From: Bacteroides sp.
GTDB taxonomy: Bacteria; Bacteroidota; Bacteroidia; G022818785
Direction: 5' to 3'
DNA: 26,759 nt
NCBI GenBank assembly: GCA_022818785.1
Contig: CP063811.1
Coordinates: 412,920-439,678, forward strand
The notes beneath the pieces are model-generated. The model had not been told where the DNA came from. It did not search any database and saw only the letters and a list, made by a program, of their open reading frames with translations. Of this stretch, positions 17,489-26,161 are shown piece after piece. Position 1 is the first letter of the stretch. Each line of letters begins with the position of its first letter. The translations under genes were made by a program, and so were the position numbers.

Positions 17489-18755
17489 ATGTTAAATATT
17501 AAATATATTGAAAATAATATTCTGTTAATAAAAGAAATCTTAAAAAAAAGAAACTTCAAGGATATTAGTATAATAGATAAAACATTAAAATTATACGTTG
17601 ATATAAAAAATACAAAAAAAAATCTCAATGATAAACAAAATAAAAAAAATATAATTTCAAGAAATGTATATAATAATATTGAAAGTTCTAACATTCAATA
17701 TGACAAAAGCAAATCTATAATATTAAAAAATGAGATTAAAGATTGTAAAAAAAAAAATAAAATTATATGAAGATGAATTTTATAATTTAATGTCAGAAAT
17801 TCCTAATTTACTTTCTGATTATACTCCTGAGGGAAATAAATATCAAGATAACATAGTAATTGAAAAATATGATAAACCATTTTACTATAATTTAGATCAA
17901 AAGTTACTTTTTCATTGGGAATTGGGTAGTAAATATGATATATTGGATTTTAAGTCAAGTTCTAAAATTACAGGAAATGGATTTGTTGTTTATAAAAAGC
18001 AAGGAGCTCTCTTACAAAGAGCATTAATAAATTTTTTTCTTGATTCTGCCATTAAAAATGGATATAAAGAAATTAATGTCCCTCTACTAGTTAATAGTAG
18101 ATCAGCATGGAATACTGGTCAAATACCTGATAAAAATAGTCAAATGTATCATTTAAAAGATGATGACTATTACTTAATTCCTACATCAGAAATACCATTA
18201 ATAAACTTATATTCTAATAATACAATACCATTTGAAAATTTACCTGTTAAGTTAACAGCTATAAGTTCATGTTTTAGAAGAGAAGCAGGTTCATATGGTA
18301 GAAATACTAAAGGATTAAATAGATTACATGAATTTTTTAAAGTTGAATTAGTAAAAATAACTTCTCAAGAAACTTCTGAATTTTATCTAAATTTAATGTT
18401 AAAATATGTAAAAAATATATTAAATGAATTACAATTACCTTATAGAGTATTGTTATTATGTAGTGGGGAATTAAACAATACCTCATCATTAACTTATGAT
18501 ATAGAAGTATACAGTATAAAACAAAAAAAATGGCTAGAAGTAAGTTCAATATCTAATTGTTTAACATATCAATCTAATAGATCTAATATATTTTATAAAG
18601 AAAATAAAATAAAAAAGTTAGCACATACAATTAATGGCAGTGGCTTGGCATTGCCAAGAATAATGGCAGCTATATTAGAAAATAATCAGTCAAATAATGG
18701 TATAATAATACCTAAATGTTTAACAAAGTATACTAATTTTAGTATCATTAAATGA
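17489..18755 (+). CDS. serS: Seryl-tRNA synthetase, interrupted by a 1-nt frameshift in an A11 tract (17747-17757)
   Basis: N-terminal coiled-coil arm MLNIKYIENN... in one frame. Catalytic part IPN, HWELG, LIPTSE, CFRREAG, GLNRLHEF, EVSS and HTINGSGLA in the next frame. A10 restores DCKKKIKLYEDE. Confidence 0.95.
17747..17757 (+). repeat. A11 homopolymer at the serS frameshift
   Basis: gattgt-AAAAAAAAAAA-taaaattata; the longest homopolymer I noticed in the window. Confidence 0.9.
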
Positions 18756-18760
18756 TAATT

Positions 18761-19048
18761 TTATTTTGTATATGGAAATATATAATTTTTTTTTATTTTC
18801 AATTTAAAATTGTTAAAAACTTGAACAATACAAAAATTATCATGAATACTATCTATATGTCCTATTATTCCTCCAGTAGTTAGTATTTTATTACCTTTTT
18901 TTAAATTGTTTATGAAATTTCTATGATCATTAATTTTTTTATTTTGGGGCCTGATAATAAAAAAATAAAAAACTAAACTTATAGATATAAACATCAATAT
19001 ATTACAAAATAAATTATAATTATTATTAATAATGTTTAATGAATTCAT
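18761..19048 (-). CDS. yajC: Preprotein translocase subunit YajC
   Basis: FYFFIIRPQ.K and LKKGNKILTTGGIIG motifs. Confidence 0.95.
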   Translation of the reverse strand: MNSLNIINNNYNLFCNILMFISISLVFYFFIIRPQNKKINDHRNFINNLKKGNKILTTGGIIGHIDSIHDNFCIVQVFNNFKLKIKKNYIFPYTK

Positions 19049-19050
19049 AC

Positions 19051-19896
19051 TTATACTTTGTTGAAAAATTTATTATATATTTTATTAATAATTCCATTAA
19101 CAAAAACATTGCTATTGGGGGTTCCAAATATTTTCGATATTTCTATATATTCATTAATAGATACTTTATATGGAATATTATTATATTTTATAATTTCTGT
19201 AATAGCCATTTTTACTATTATTTTATCAATAAATGAAATTCTTTTAATATCCCAATTTATTAAAGTAGCATCTATATATGATTCAATTAAATTATCATTT
19301 TTAATTGTATCATTATATAACATTTTACTAAATTTATAGTAATTTTCTAAATTTTCAATGTTAAAAATACATTTATTAATTTTATAGCAATTATCAATTG
19401 TATTGATAATCATTGTATATATTATATTTTTATCCAAATCCCAATTCATATTTTTTTCATACATGTTTTGCTCTAATACAATAGAATTTTTAAAAAAATT
19501 ATTAATTATAAACTTTATAAAAGATTTATCAACATAAAATACACAATTATCAATGTTTATATAATTTTTGTATTTATCACTACTATTAATATCATTTATT
19601 AATATGAGTATTAAAAATTTATCATTTTTAATATTAAAATTAATTATTTGTTTATTAATATGAGTATTATTATTTAATAATTTAATGATATTTTTTTGAT
19701 CAATAATATTTTTATTATTATTTATAATATTTAAAATTTCAATTAATAATGATAATAATTGATAATATTGAATATATATATCTTTAAAAGATTGGCAAAG
19801 ATAGTTTTCTAAAAAAACTATATTTTCACAATTATTTTGATAATATGCATATAATATTTGTAAAACCTTAATTCTTATATGCCTTCTTGTAAGCAT
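19051..19896 (-). CDS. nusB: Transcription antitermination factor NusB, long Bacteroidota form
   Basis: MLTRRHIRIKVLQILYA start; NWDIKRI...IPYKVSINEYIEISK...FVNGII C-terminal domain. Confidence 0.92.
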   Translation of the reverse strand: MLTRRHIRIKVLQILYAYYQNNCENIVFLENYLCQSFKDIYIQYYQLLSLLIEILNIINNNKNIIDQKNIIKLLNNNTHINKQIINFNIKNDKFLILILINDINSSDKYKNYINIDNCVFYVDKSFIKFIINNFFKNSIVLEQNMYEKNMNWDLDKNIIYTMIINTIDNCYKINKCIFNIENLENYYKFSKMLYNDTIKNDNLIESYIDATLINWDIKRISFIDKIIVKMAITEIIKYNNIPYKVSINEYIEISKIFGTPNSNVFVNGIINKIYNKFFNKV

Positions 19897-19897
19897 A

Positions 19898-20269
19898 TTA
19901 TATAGAAGCTATTGCTGATATTTCTATATTGGCATTCAATGGTAATGCACTTACTTCTAATGTTTCTCTTGCAGGGAAATTATTATTAAAATAATTCATA
20001 TAAGTTTTATTAACAATATCAAAATCTTTAATATTTTTCAGAAAAATACTAATTTTAACAATATTACTAAAATTCATATTTACATTTTCTAATATACAAG
20101 ATATATTATACATAATTTGATTAGTTTCTTTCAATATATCAGCTACTAAATTTCCATTTTTATCAATACCTATTTGTCCTGATATATATAAAAAACCATT
20201 AGAAAGTACAGAGTGACTATAAGGACCTATAGGTCTATATAATTTATCACAATTTATAGATTTTATCAT
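19898..20269 (-). CDS. ridA: RidA/YjgF family enamine/imine deaminase
   Basis: PIGPYS, LYISGQI, FPARE and LPLNANIEI motifs. Confidence 0.93.
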   Translation of the reverse strand: MIKSINCDKLYRPIGPYSHSVLSNGFLYISGQIGIDKNGNLVADILKETNQIMYNISCILENVNMNFSNIVKISIFLKNIKDFDIVNKTYMNYFNNNFPARETLEVSALPLNANIEISAIASI

Positions 20270-20324
20270 AAAAAATATATAATTTTTATTTAATTAAAAC
20301 TAATTTAAGTAAAAAAAACATATC

Positions 20325-20802
20325 ATGTCAACATTACTATTAATAATTATTATAATAATTACATATATAATTCAATTTGAAAAAAATTTAATCACAAATT
20401 ATTTAATGATAACAATATTATTATCAATATATTTTTTTATTAAAAATGCAGTATTAATATCTTTTATTAATATTATAATAACAATTAGTACTGTTACTAT
20501 ATTAACTATAATTAACCATTATGATATAAATTATTTTGAAGTTAAAAATAAATACATGATTTTTAAATACTTATTTATAATCAATATAATTGCAATATAT
20601 ATATATACTAAATATTTTTGACTTTAAAATATCATCAGAAAAAAATAAAATAATTCATAATATTACATATTATGAATTTATAAATAACTCAAAATTATCA
20701 ATAGGAAATATCCTATTAAATGATTATATAATAGTAACTGAAATTATATCATTAATAATATTAATGATAATAATATTTATAATTCTTTTTATAAAAGATT
20801 AA
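20325..20802 (+). pseudogene. nuoJ: Highly divergent NADH-quinone oxidoreductase subunit J-like gene, split by a frameshift (ORFs 20325-20621 and 20590-20802)
   Basis: C-terminal IGNILLNDYIIVTEIISLIIL resembles the NuoJ G..L...Y..PFE..S.LLL motif. YFFIKNAVLISFINIII resembles Y.LLNA.FLA.VN.IV. Fused length is about 159 aa with several hydrophobic helices. Confidence 0.6.
20595..20607. repeat. (AT)6A microsatellite in the overlap of the two nuoJ-like ORFs
   Basis: gca-atatatatatata-cta. Confidence 0.85.
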
Positions 20803-21878
20803 AAGTATTTTAAATTAAAATTTATATCAAAATCTTTTAATACATTAAATAATAAATTAATGCAATTTTTAACATCACTAATATGAATCATCTCTACGGT
20901 AGTATGCATATACCTTAAAGGTAAAGATATCAAAGATGATGGTATACCATTCTTTGTATATGCAAAACTGTCTGTATCTGTCCCTGTACTATATGAACAA
21001 GCTTGCTTTTGTATTGGTATTTTATATTTTAAAGAAAAATTTTCTATATACTTATTTAGTATGTTATGAATAGAAGGAGCAAATGTTAAAACAGGTCCTT
21101 TTCCACATATGATATTACCATGACGTTTTTGATCTATCATTGGTGTTGTAGTATCATGTGTAACGTCAGTAATAATAGCTATATCAGGATTTATTTTGTT
21201 AGCAATCATTTTAGCACCTTTTAATCCTATTTCTTCTTGAACTGAATTAACTATGTATAAATCAAATGGTAAAGTTATTTTTTCTAAAGACAATAATTTA
21301 GCAACTTCAGCAATTATAAAACCTCCTATTCTATTATCAAAAGCTCTTCCTACATAATAATTATTGTTTAATACAGAAAAATTTTCTTCGTAAGTAACAA
21401 TATCTCCAACTGATACACCCGCCTTTAATAAATTTTTTTTATTATTAAATCCTGTGTCTATAAATATATTTTCATATGATGGAATAATTTTTTCTTTATT
21501 AGATCTCCTAAAATGTATAGCAGGCCACCCAAAAACTCCTTTAATTAATCCTTTTTCTTTAGTATGTATTAATACTTTTTTTGATGGAGCAATCATACAA
21601 TCAGAACCTCCATTAGGTATTACATATATAAATCCATCATCACTAATATGATTAACATACCAAGAAATTTCATCTGCATGAGCTTCTATAACAAATTTAA
21701 AATTTGAATTACCTTTAATTATTGCTACAGTATTTCCATAATAATCTGAATAATGTTGATCAATATATTTTTTTATATATTCAAGCCATAAAATTTGTCC
21801 TTTATATTCTTGACTAACAGGTGAAAAATTATTAATATAATTCTCCAAAAAGAATAAAGAATTTTTATCTAAATTCAT
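20799..21878 (-). CDS. M42 family metallo-aminopeptidase
   Basis: EAHADEI, AFDNRIG, VQEEIG, DVTHD, GTDTD and RYMHT metal-ligand motifs. Start set at ATG 21878 because the longer ORF runs into tRNA-Lys. Confidence 0.93.
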   Translation of the reverse strand: MNLDKNSLFFLENYINNFSPVSQEYKGQILWLEYIKKYIDQHYSDYYGNTVAIIKGNSNFKFVIEAHADEISWYVNHISDDGFIYVIPNGGSDCMIAPSKKVLIHTKEKGLIKGVFGWPAIHFRRSNKEKIIPSYENIFIDTGFNNKKNLLKAGVSVGDIVTYEENFSVLNNNYYVGRAFDNRIGGFIIAEVAKLLSLEKITLPFDLYIVNSVQEEIGLKGAKMIANKINPDIAIITDVTHDTTTPMIDQKRHGNIICGKGPVLTFAPSIHNILNKYIENFSLKYKIPIQKQACSYSTGTDTDSFAYTKNGIPSSLISLPLRYMHTTVEMIHISDVKNCINLLFNVLKDFDINFNLKYF

Positions 21879-21902
21879 AAACGATATTTTTAGTTTTAAA
21901 AT

Positions 21903-21975
21903 TGATCCCGCTGGGATTCGAACCCAGGACCCATACATTAAAAGTGTATTGCTCTACCAGCTGAGCTACGGAATC
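21903..21975 (-). tRNA. tRNA-Lys(TTT), CCA not encoded
   Basis: Reverse complement GATTCCGTAGCTCAGCTGGTAGAGCAATACACTTTTAATGTATGGGTCCTGGGTTCGAATCCCAGCGGGATCA; anticodon arm ATACA-CTTTTAA-TGTAT. Confidence 0.97.
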
Positions 21976-21993
21976 TCTAATCATGTTATGTGT

Positions 21994-22025
21994 CAAATAT
22001 ATGATCTTATCACATATATATCAAA
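21994..22025 (-). promoter_or_regulatory. Complete Bacteroidota sigma-70 promoter TTTG-N20-TATATTTG for tRNA-Lys and the M42 peptidase
   Basis: On the minus strand, TTTG at 22025-22022 and TATATTTG at 22001-21994, a 20-nt spacer, 18 nt before the tRNA. Confidence 0.75.
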
Positions 22026-22029
22026 TATT

Positions 22030-23949
22030 TTATATATCTATATTTGCATTACATGCATTATTTTCTATAAACTTTCTTCTGGGACTAACTAAACTACCCA
22101 TTAATGTAGAAAATGTCCTGTTAGTTATATTAAAATCATTTATTTGAATTCTTTTTAAGAATCTAGTATTAGGATTCATGGTTGTATCCCATAATTGATC
22201 ATAATTCATTTCACCTAATCCTTTATATCTTTGAATATTACTAATATTTTTATTTTTATTATTATAATATTGAATAACATTCTTCAATTCAGTTTCATTC
22301 CAACAATATTTGCGTATCTTACCAATATATACAGAATATAATGGTGGACATGCTATATATAAATATCCCTTATCTATAATATCTTTCATATATCTAAAAA
22401 AGAATGTTAAAATCAAAGTGTTTATATGAGAGCCATCTACATCAGCATCTGTCATGATAATAATTTTATGATATCTAATTTTGTTAATATTTAATTCTTT
22501 ATTATTTTTAATATTTATACTAATTCCTAAACTATTGAATATATTTTTAATTTCATCATTATCATATATTTTGTGTTCTGCAGCTTTTTCAACATTTAAT
22601 ATTTTACCTTTTAAAGGTAAAATTGCTTGATTATTTTTATTACGACCTTGTTTAGCTGTACCTCCTGCCGAATCACCTTCCACTAAAAATATTTCGCAAT
22701 TTTCTGGATTATTATCAATACAATCAGCTAATTTACCTGGAATAATACAATTTGTAAGTATATTTTTTTTCTGTATTAATTCTCTAGCTTTACGTGCTGC
22801 TTGTCTAGCAGTAGCTGACATTATAATTTTATTAATTATATTTTTTGCTTGCTTGGGATTCTCTTCTAAAAATATACTTAATTTATTATAAGTAACTATG
22901 TCAATAATACCTAAAACATTATTATTACCTAATTTTGTCTTTGTTTGGCCTTCAAATTGTGGATCAGTTAATTTAATAGACAATATAGCAGTTAATCCCT
23001 CTCTATAATCATCACTTGTAATATTAATTTTAACATTTTTTAAAAAATTATATTTTTCTATATAATTTTTTAAAGACCTTGTTAATCCTCTTTTAAATCC
23101 TGATACATGAGTTCCTCCTTCAATAGTTTTTATGTTATTAACATATGAAAATATATTTTCATAACTACTATTATTATAAAGCAAAGCAATGTCTATATCT
23201 ATATTATTGCTTTTTGTATTTATACATAAGGGATTATCTATAATATGTTGCTTTTTATCTACAAAAAGAATAAAATCATATAATCCATTACTAGAAATTA
23301 AACTTGTTTTGGGCAGATTATCTTTCTTATTTTCAATATTTATTTTAAGTTTCTTATTAAGAAAAGACAATTCTTGCAACCTATTAAATATTATTTTATA
23401 ATTCCAATCAATGTTATTAAATATATCTTTATCAGGCATAAATCTAATTACAGTGCCATTATAATCTGAATATCCCAAATTATTAACATCAGATTGTGGT
23501 ATTCCTCTTTTATATTCTTGAAGATATTTACATTTATTTCTATGTACAGTAACGATTAAACTACTTGATAATGCATTAACACATGATATTCCAACTCCAT
23601 GTAATCCCCCTGATACTTTATAAATTTTTTGATTAAATTTCCCACCAGCATGTAAAACAGTCATTACAACTTCCAATGCAGATTTCTTCTCATTAGCGTG
23701 ATAATCGACAGGTATACCTCTTCCATTATCTTTTACAGTTATAAAGTTATCTTTTTCTAAGATAACATCTATTGTATTTCCATATCCAGCTAAAAATTCA
23801 TCTATAGAATTATCAATTACTTCATTTAATAAATGATGTAATCCTTTAACACCGACATCTCCTATATACATAGATGGACGTTTCCTAACAGCATCTAAAC
23901 CTTTTAGTACTTTAATATCATCAGCACTATATAATATCTTATTATTCAT
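22030..23949 (-). CDS. gyrB: DNA gyrase subunit B
   Basis: VRKRPSMYIG, EVIDNSIDE, GGLHGVG, VEGDSAGG, MTDADVDG and QRYKGLGEM motifs; C-terminal NANIDI typical of Bacteroidota GyrB. Confidence 0.96.
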   Translation of the reverse strand: MNNKILYSADDIKVLKGLDAVRKRPSMYIGDVGVKGLHHLLNEVIDNSIDEFLAGYGNTIDVILEKDNFITVKDNGRGIPVDYHANEKKSALEVVMTVLHAGGKFNQKIYKVSGGLHGVGISCVNALSSSLIVTVHRNKCKYLQEYKRGIPQSDVNNLGYSDYNGTVIRFMPDKDIFNNIDWNYKIIFNRLQELSFLNKKLKINIENKKDNLPKTSLISSNGLYDFILFVDKKQHIIDNPLCINTKSNNIDIDIALLYNNSSYENIFSYVNNIKTIEGGTHVSGFKRGLTRSLKNYIEKYNFLKNVKINITSDDYREGLTAILSIKLTDPQFEGQTKTKLGNNNVLGIIDIVTYNKLSIFLEENPKQAKNIINKIIMSATARQAARKARELIQKKNILTNCIIPGKLADCIDNNPENCEIFLVEGDSAGGTAKQGRNKNNQAILPLKGKILNVEKAAEHKIYDNDEIKNIFNSLGISINIKNNKELNINKIRYHKIIIMTDADVDGSHINTLILTFFFRYMKDIIDKGYLYIACPPLYSVYIGKIRKYCWNETELKNVIQYYNNKNKNISNIQRYKGLGEMNYDQLWDTTMNPNTRFLKRIQINDFNITNRTFSTLMGSLVSPRRKFIENNACNANIDI

Positions 23950-24004
23950 TTATCATAAATTAAAAATTATCAATTATGTTTTTTTATACACAAAAAATTT
24001 ATAA

Positions 24005-24793
24005 TTATCTTTCCATAATAAATCTATATATATTCATATATTCAGTTATAAATTTTTTATAATCTATTTTATAATTAATGCTATCATTAATAGATAATTT
24101 TTTTTGAAAAAATTTATCATCACTGATATCTGATACAGTAATGTCAGAATATTTGATAGCGTATTTTTGTAAATCATTATATAAGAAACTTTTTTCCATG
24201 TCATTGTTTTTATTTTCAATGTTTAAATATCTTGATATATTTTTATTAAAAAAGGTTCCTTTAAATGTATCATTTGTATATAAATTATAAACTATTTTAG
24301 TTTTTAAAAATAAATTTGAATCATCGTTATTTTTAATTAACACAGGAATTAAACTTGTTATCCATCCCTGACAACTAATTATATCAGGTATCCATCCTAA
24401 TTTTTTAATAATTTCTATAGAGGATTTACAAAAAAATATTAGTTTTTCATCATTGTGATTATTTACATCATCTTTAATATTTTTTTTTCCAAAAAAATAC
24501 TTATTATCTAAAAAGTAAATTTGCAATCTATAATTCGAATAAGACGCTACTTTGACAAATAAAGGATATTGTTTATCGCAAACATCAATAATATTACAAG
24601 ATAATCTTATAACATCATGTAACCTATGCTTCCTATTATTTATACATCCAAATTTAGGCATCAAAACCCTAACATCATAGTTGTTTTCTTTAATCGCTTT
24701 TAGAAGATTAATATTATTGATTGAATTATCAGTAATTTGAATAAAAGGATTTAATTCCTGACATATAAACAAAATTTTACCCTTTTTTTTCAT
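24005..24793 (-). CDS. Bacteroidota single-domain glycogen/starch synthase-like protein (Glyco_transf_5)
   Basis: KILFICQELNPF, VRVLMPKFGCIN.RKHRLHDVIRLS, IYFLDNKYFF and LGWIPDII motifs. Start at ATG 24793 (MKKKGKIL). Confidence 0.85.
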   Translation of the reverse strand: MKKKGKILFICQELNPFIQITDNSINNINLLKAIKENNYDVRVLMPKFGCINNRKHRLHDVIRLSCNIIDVCDKQYPLFVKVASYSNYRLQIYFLDNKYFFGKKNIKDDVNNHNDEKLIFFCKSSIEIIKKLGWIPDIISCQGWITSLIPVLIKNNDDSNLFLKTKIVYNLYTNDTFKGTFFNKNISRYLNIENKNNDMEKSFLYNDLQKYAIKYSDITVSDISDDKFFQKKLSINDSINYKIDYKKFITEYMNIYRFIMER

Positions 24794-24816
24794 ATTAGAT
24801 AATATTAAAAAAAACA

Positions 24817-24845
24817 CAAATGTAGATAAAAAAAATACCTTCAAA
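24817..24845 (-). promoter_or_regulatory. Putative promoter TTTG-N17-TACATTTG for the GT5-gyrB unit
   Basis: TAnnTTTG at 24824-24817, 23 nt upstream of ATG 24793. TTTG at 24845-24842; the spacer is shorter than usual. Confidence 0.45.
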
Positions 24846-24875
24846 GAATGAAGATACAAATATTATTATATAATA

Positions 24876-26144
24876 TCAAATATATTTGCTATCTATCCCA
24901 GCATAAAATGATTTTTTACCTAAAAATTTCTCAATTCTAAGCAATTGATTATATTTAGAAATTCTTTCTGATCTAGACAATGATCCTGTTTTTATGTATT
25001 TACATTTTAATCCTACAGATAAATCTGCTATTATATTATCTTCAGAATCACCAGATCTATGGCTCATAATACAATTATATTGATTTTTTTTTGCTAAATC
25101 AACTACTTTTCTAGTTTCTGTAAAAGTACCAATTTGATTGGGTTTTATTAAAATAGCATTTGCACTATTATTATCAATGCCTTTTTTTAATCTATCAATA
25201 TTTGTAGTAAATAAATCATCTCCAACTATTTGCACATTATTACCCAATTTCATATTTAAAAAAGACCAATCCTGCCAATTATCTTCATAAATACCGTCTT
25301 CTATAGATTTTATAGGATATTCATTACATAAATCAATTAAGTATTGAATATAGTTATCACTATTTAGTAAATTATTATCAACAAGATAATTTTGATTCGA
25401 AAAAAATGATGCACTAGCGATATCTAAAGCAATTAAAACATCTTTTTCTGGATTATAATTAGATTTTTTAATTGCTTTTAATAAAAATTCAATTGCATCT
25501 TTATTAGAATTAATATTAGGCGCAAATCCACCTTCATCTCCAACATTAGTTGATAAATTATTTTCTATTAATATATTTTTTAAATTATTAAACACTTTGA
25601 ATGCTACATGTATAGCTTCACTAAAACTTTTAGCATTGCATGGCATAATCATAAACTCTTGAAAAGATAAATTATTATTTGCATGCTGCCCACCATTCAA
25701 TATATTAATCATAGGTATAGGTAATATATTACTAGTAGGATCTATATATTGAAATAATGGTATTTTTTTTTCTATTGCAGCTGCTTTTATAGCAGCCAAA
25801 GATATACCTAACATAGAATTAGCGCCTATAATACTCTTATTACAAGAGCTATCCATTAATAACATAATATTATCAATTTTATCAATATCAAAAATATCCA
25901 CCTTATATAAAGATTTTGATATATATTTTTCTATATTATTAATAGCTTTTAATACACTTTTTCCATTATAATAACTTTTGTCATTATCTCTTAATTCAAA
26001 AGCTTCATATTTACCTTTTGATGCACCCGATGGTACTATGGCAGTACCATAAGCATTATTACTAGTAATAACATCAACTTCAATAGTAGGATTGCCTCTT
26101 GAATCCAAAACTTGTCTTGCTTTAATATCTTTTATATAAGTCAT
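24876..26144 (-). CDS. eno: Enolase
   Basis: LDSRGNPTIE, VPSGAS, QEFMI, VGDEGGFAP, VGDD, IKPNQIG, SHRSG and KYNQLLRIE motifs. Confidence 0.98.
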   Translation of the reverse strand: MTYIKDIKARQVLDSRGNPTIEVDVITSNNAYGTAIVPSGASKGKYEAFELRDNDKSYYNGKSVLKAINNIEKYISKSLYKVDIFDIDKIDNIMLLMDSSCNKSIIGANSMLGISLAAIKAAAIEKKIPLFQYIDPTSNILPIPMINILNGGQHANNNLSFQEFMIMPCNAKSFSEAIHVAFKVFNNLKNILIENNLSTNVGDEGGFAPNINSNKDAIEFLLKAIKKSNYNPEKDVLIALDIASASFFSNQNYLVDNNLLNSDNYIQYLIDLCNEYPIKSIEDGIYEDNWQDWSFLNMKLGNNVQIVGDDLFTTNIDRLKKGIDNNSANAILIKPNQIGTFTETRKVVDLAKKNQYNCIMSHRSGDSEDNIIADLSVGLKCKYIKTGSLSRSERISKYNQLLRIEKFLGKKSFYAGIDSKYI

Positions 26145-26161
26145 ACAATATTGTTAATTTA

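Noticed and set aside
21879-21938. N-terminal extension of the M42 peptidase (MYGSWVRIPAGS...)
   Set aside because: It is a translation of the tRNA-Lys 3' half; the real start is ATG 21878.
1503-23401. Short antisense ORFs in the track (1503-1772, 2816-3130, 8239-8439, 8616-8801, 9256-9462, 11514-11705, 15946-16170, 17452-17694, 18337-18549, 19039-19236, 19058-19339, 21454-21651, 23189-23401)
   Set aside because: All lie opposite well-supported genes, mostly use alternative starts and show no recognisable motifs; they are shadow ORFs.
24794-24859. Apparent signal or membrane peptide on the GT5 protein
   Set aside because: It depends on a TTG start in T-rich intergenic DNA that contains a promoter-like box; the family begins at the KIL motif.
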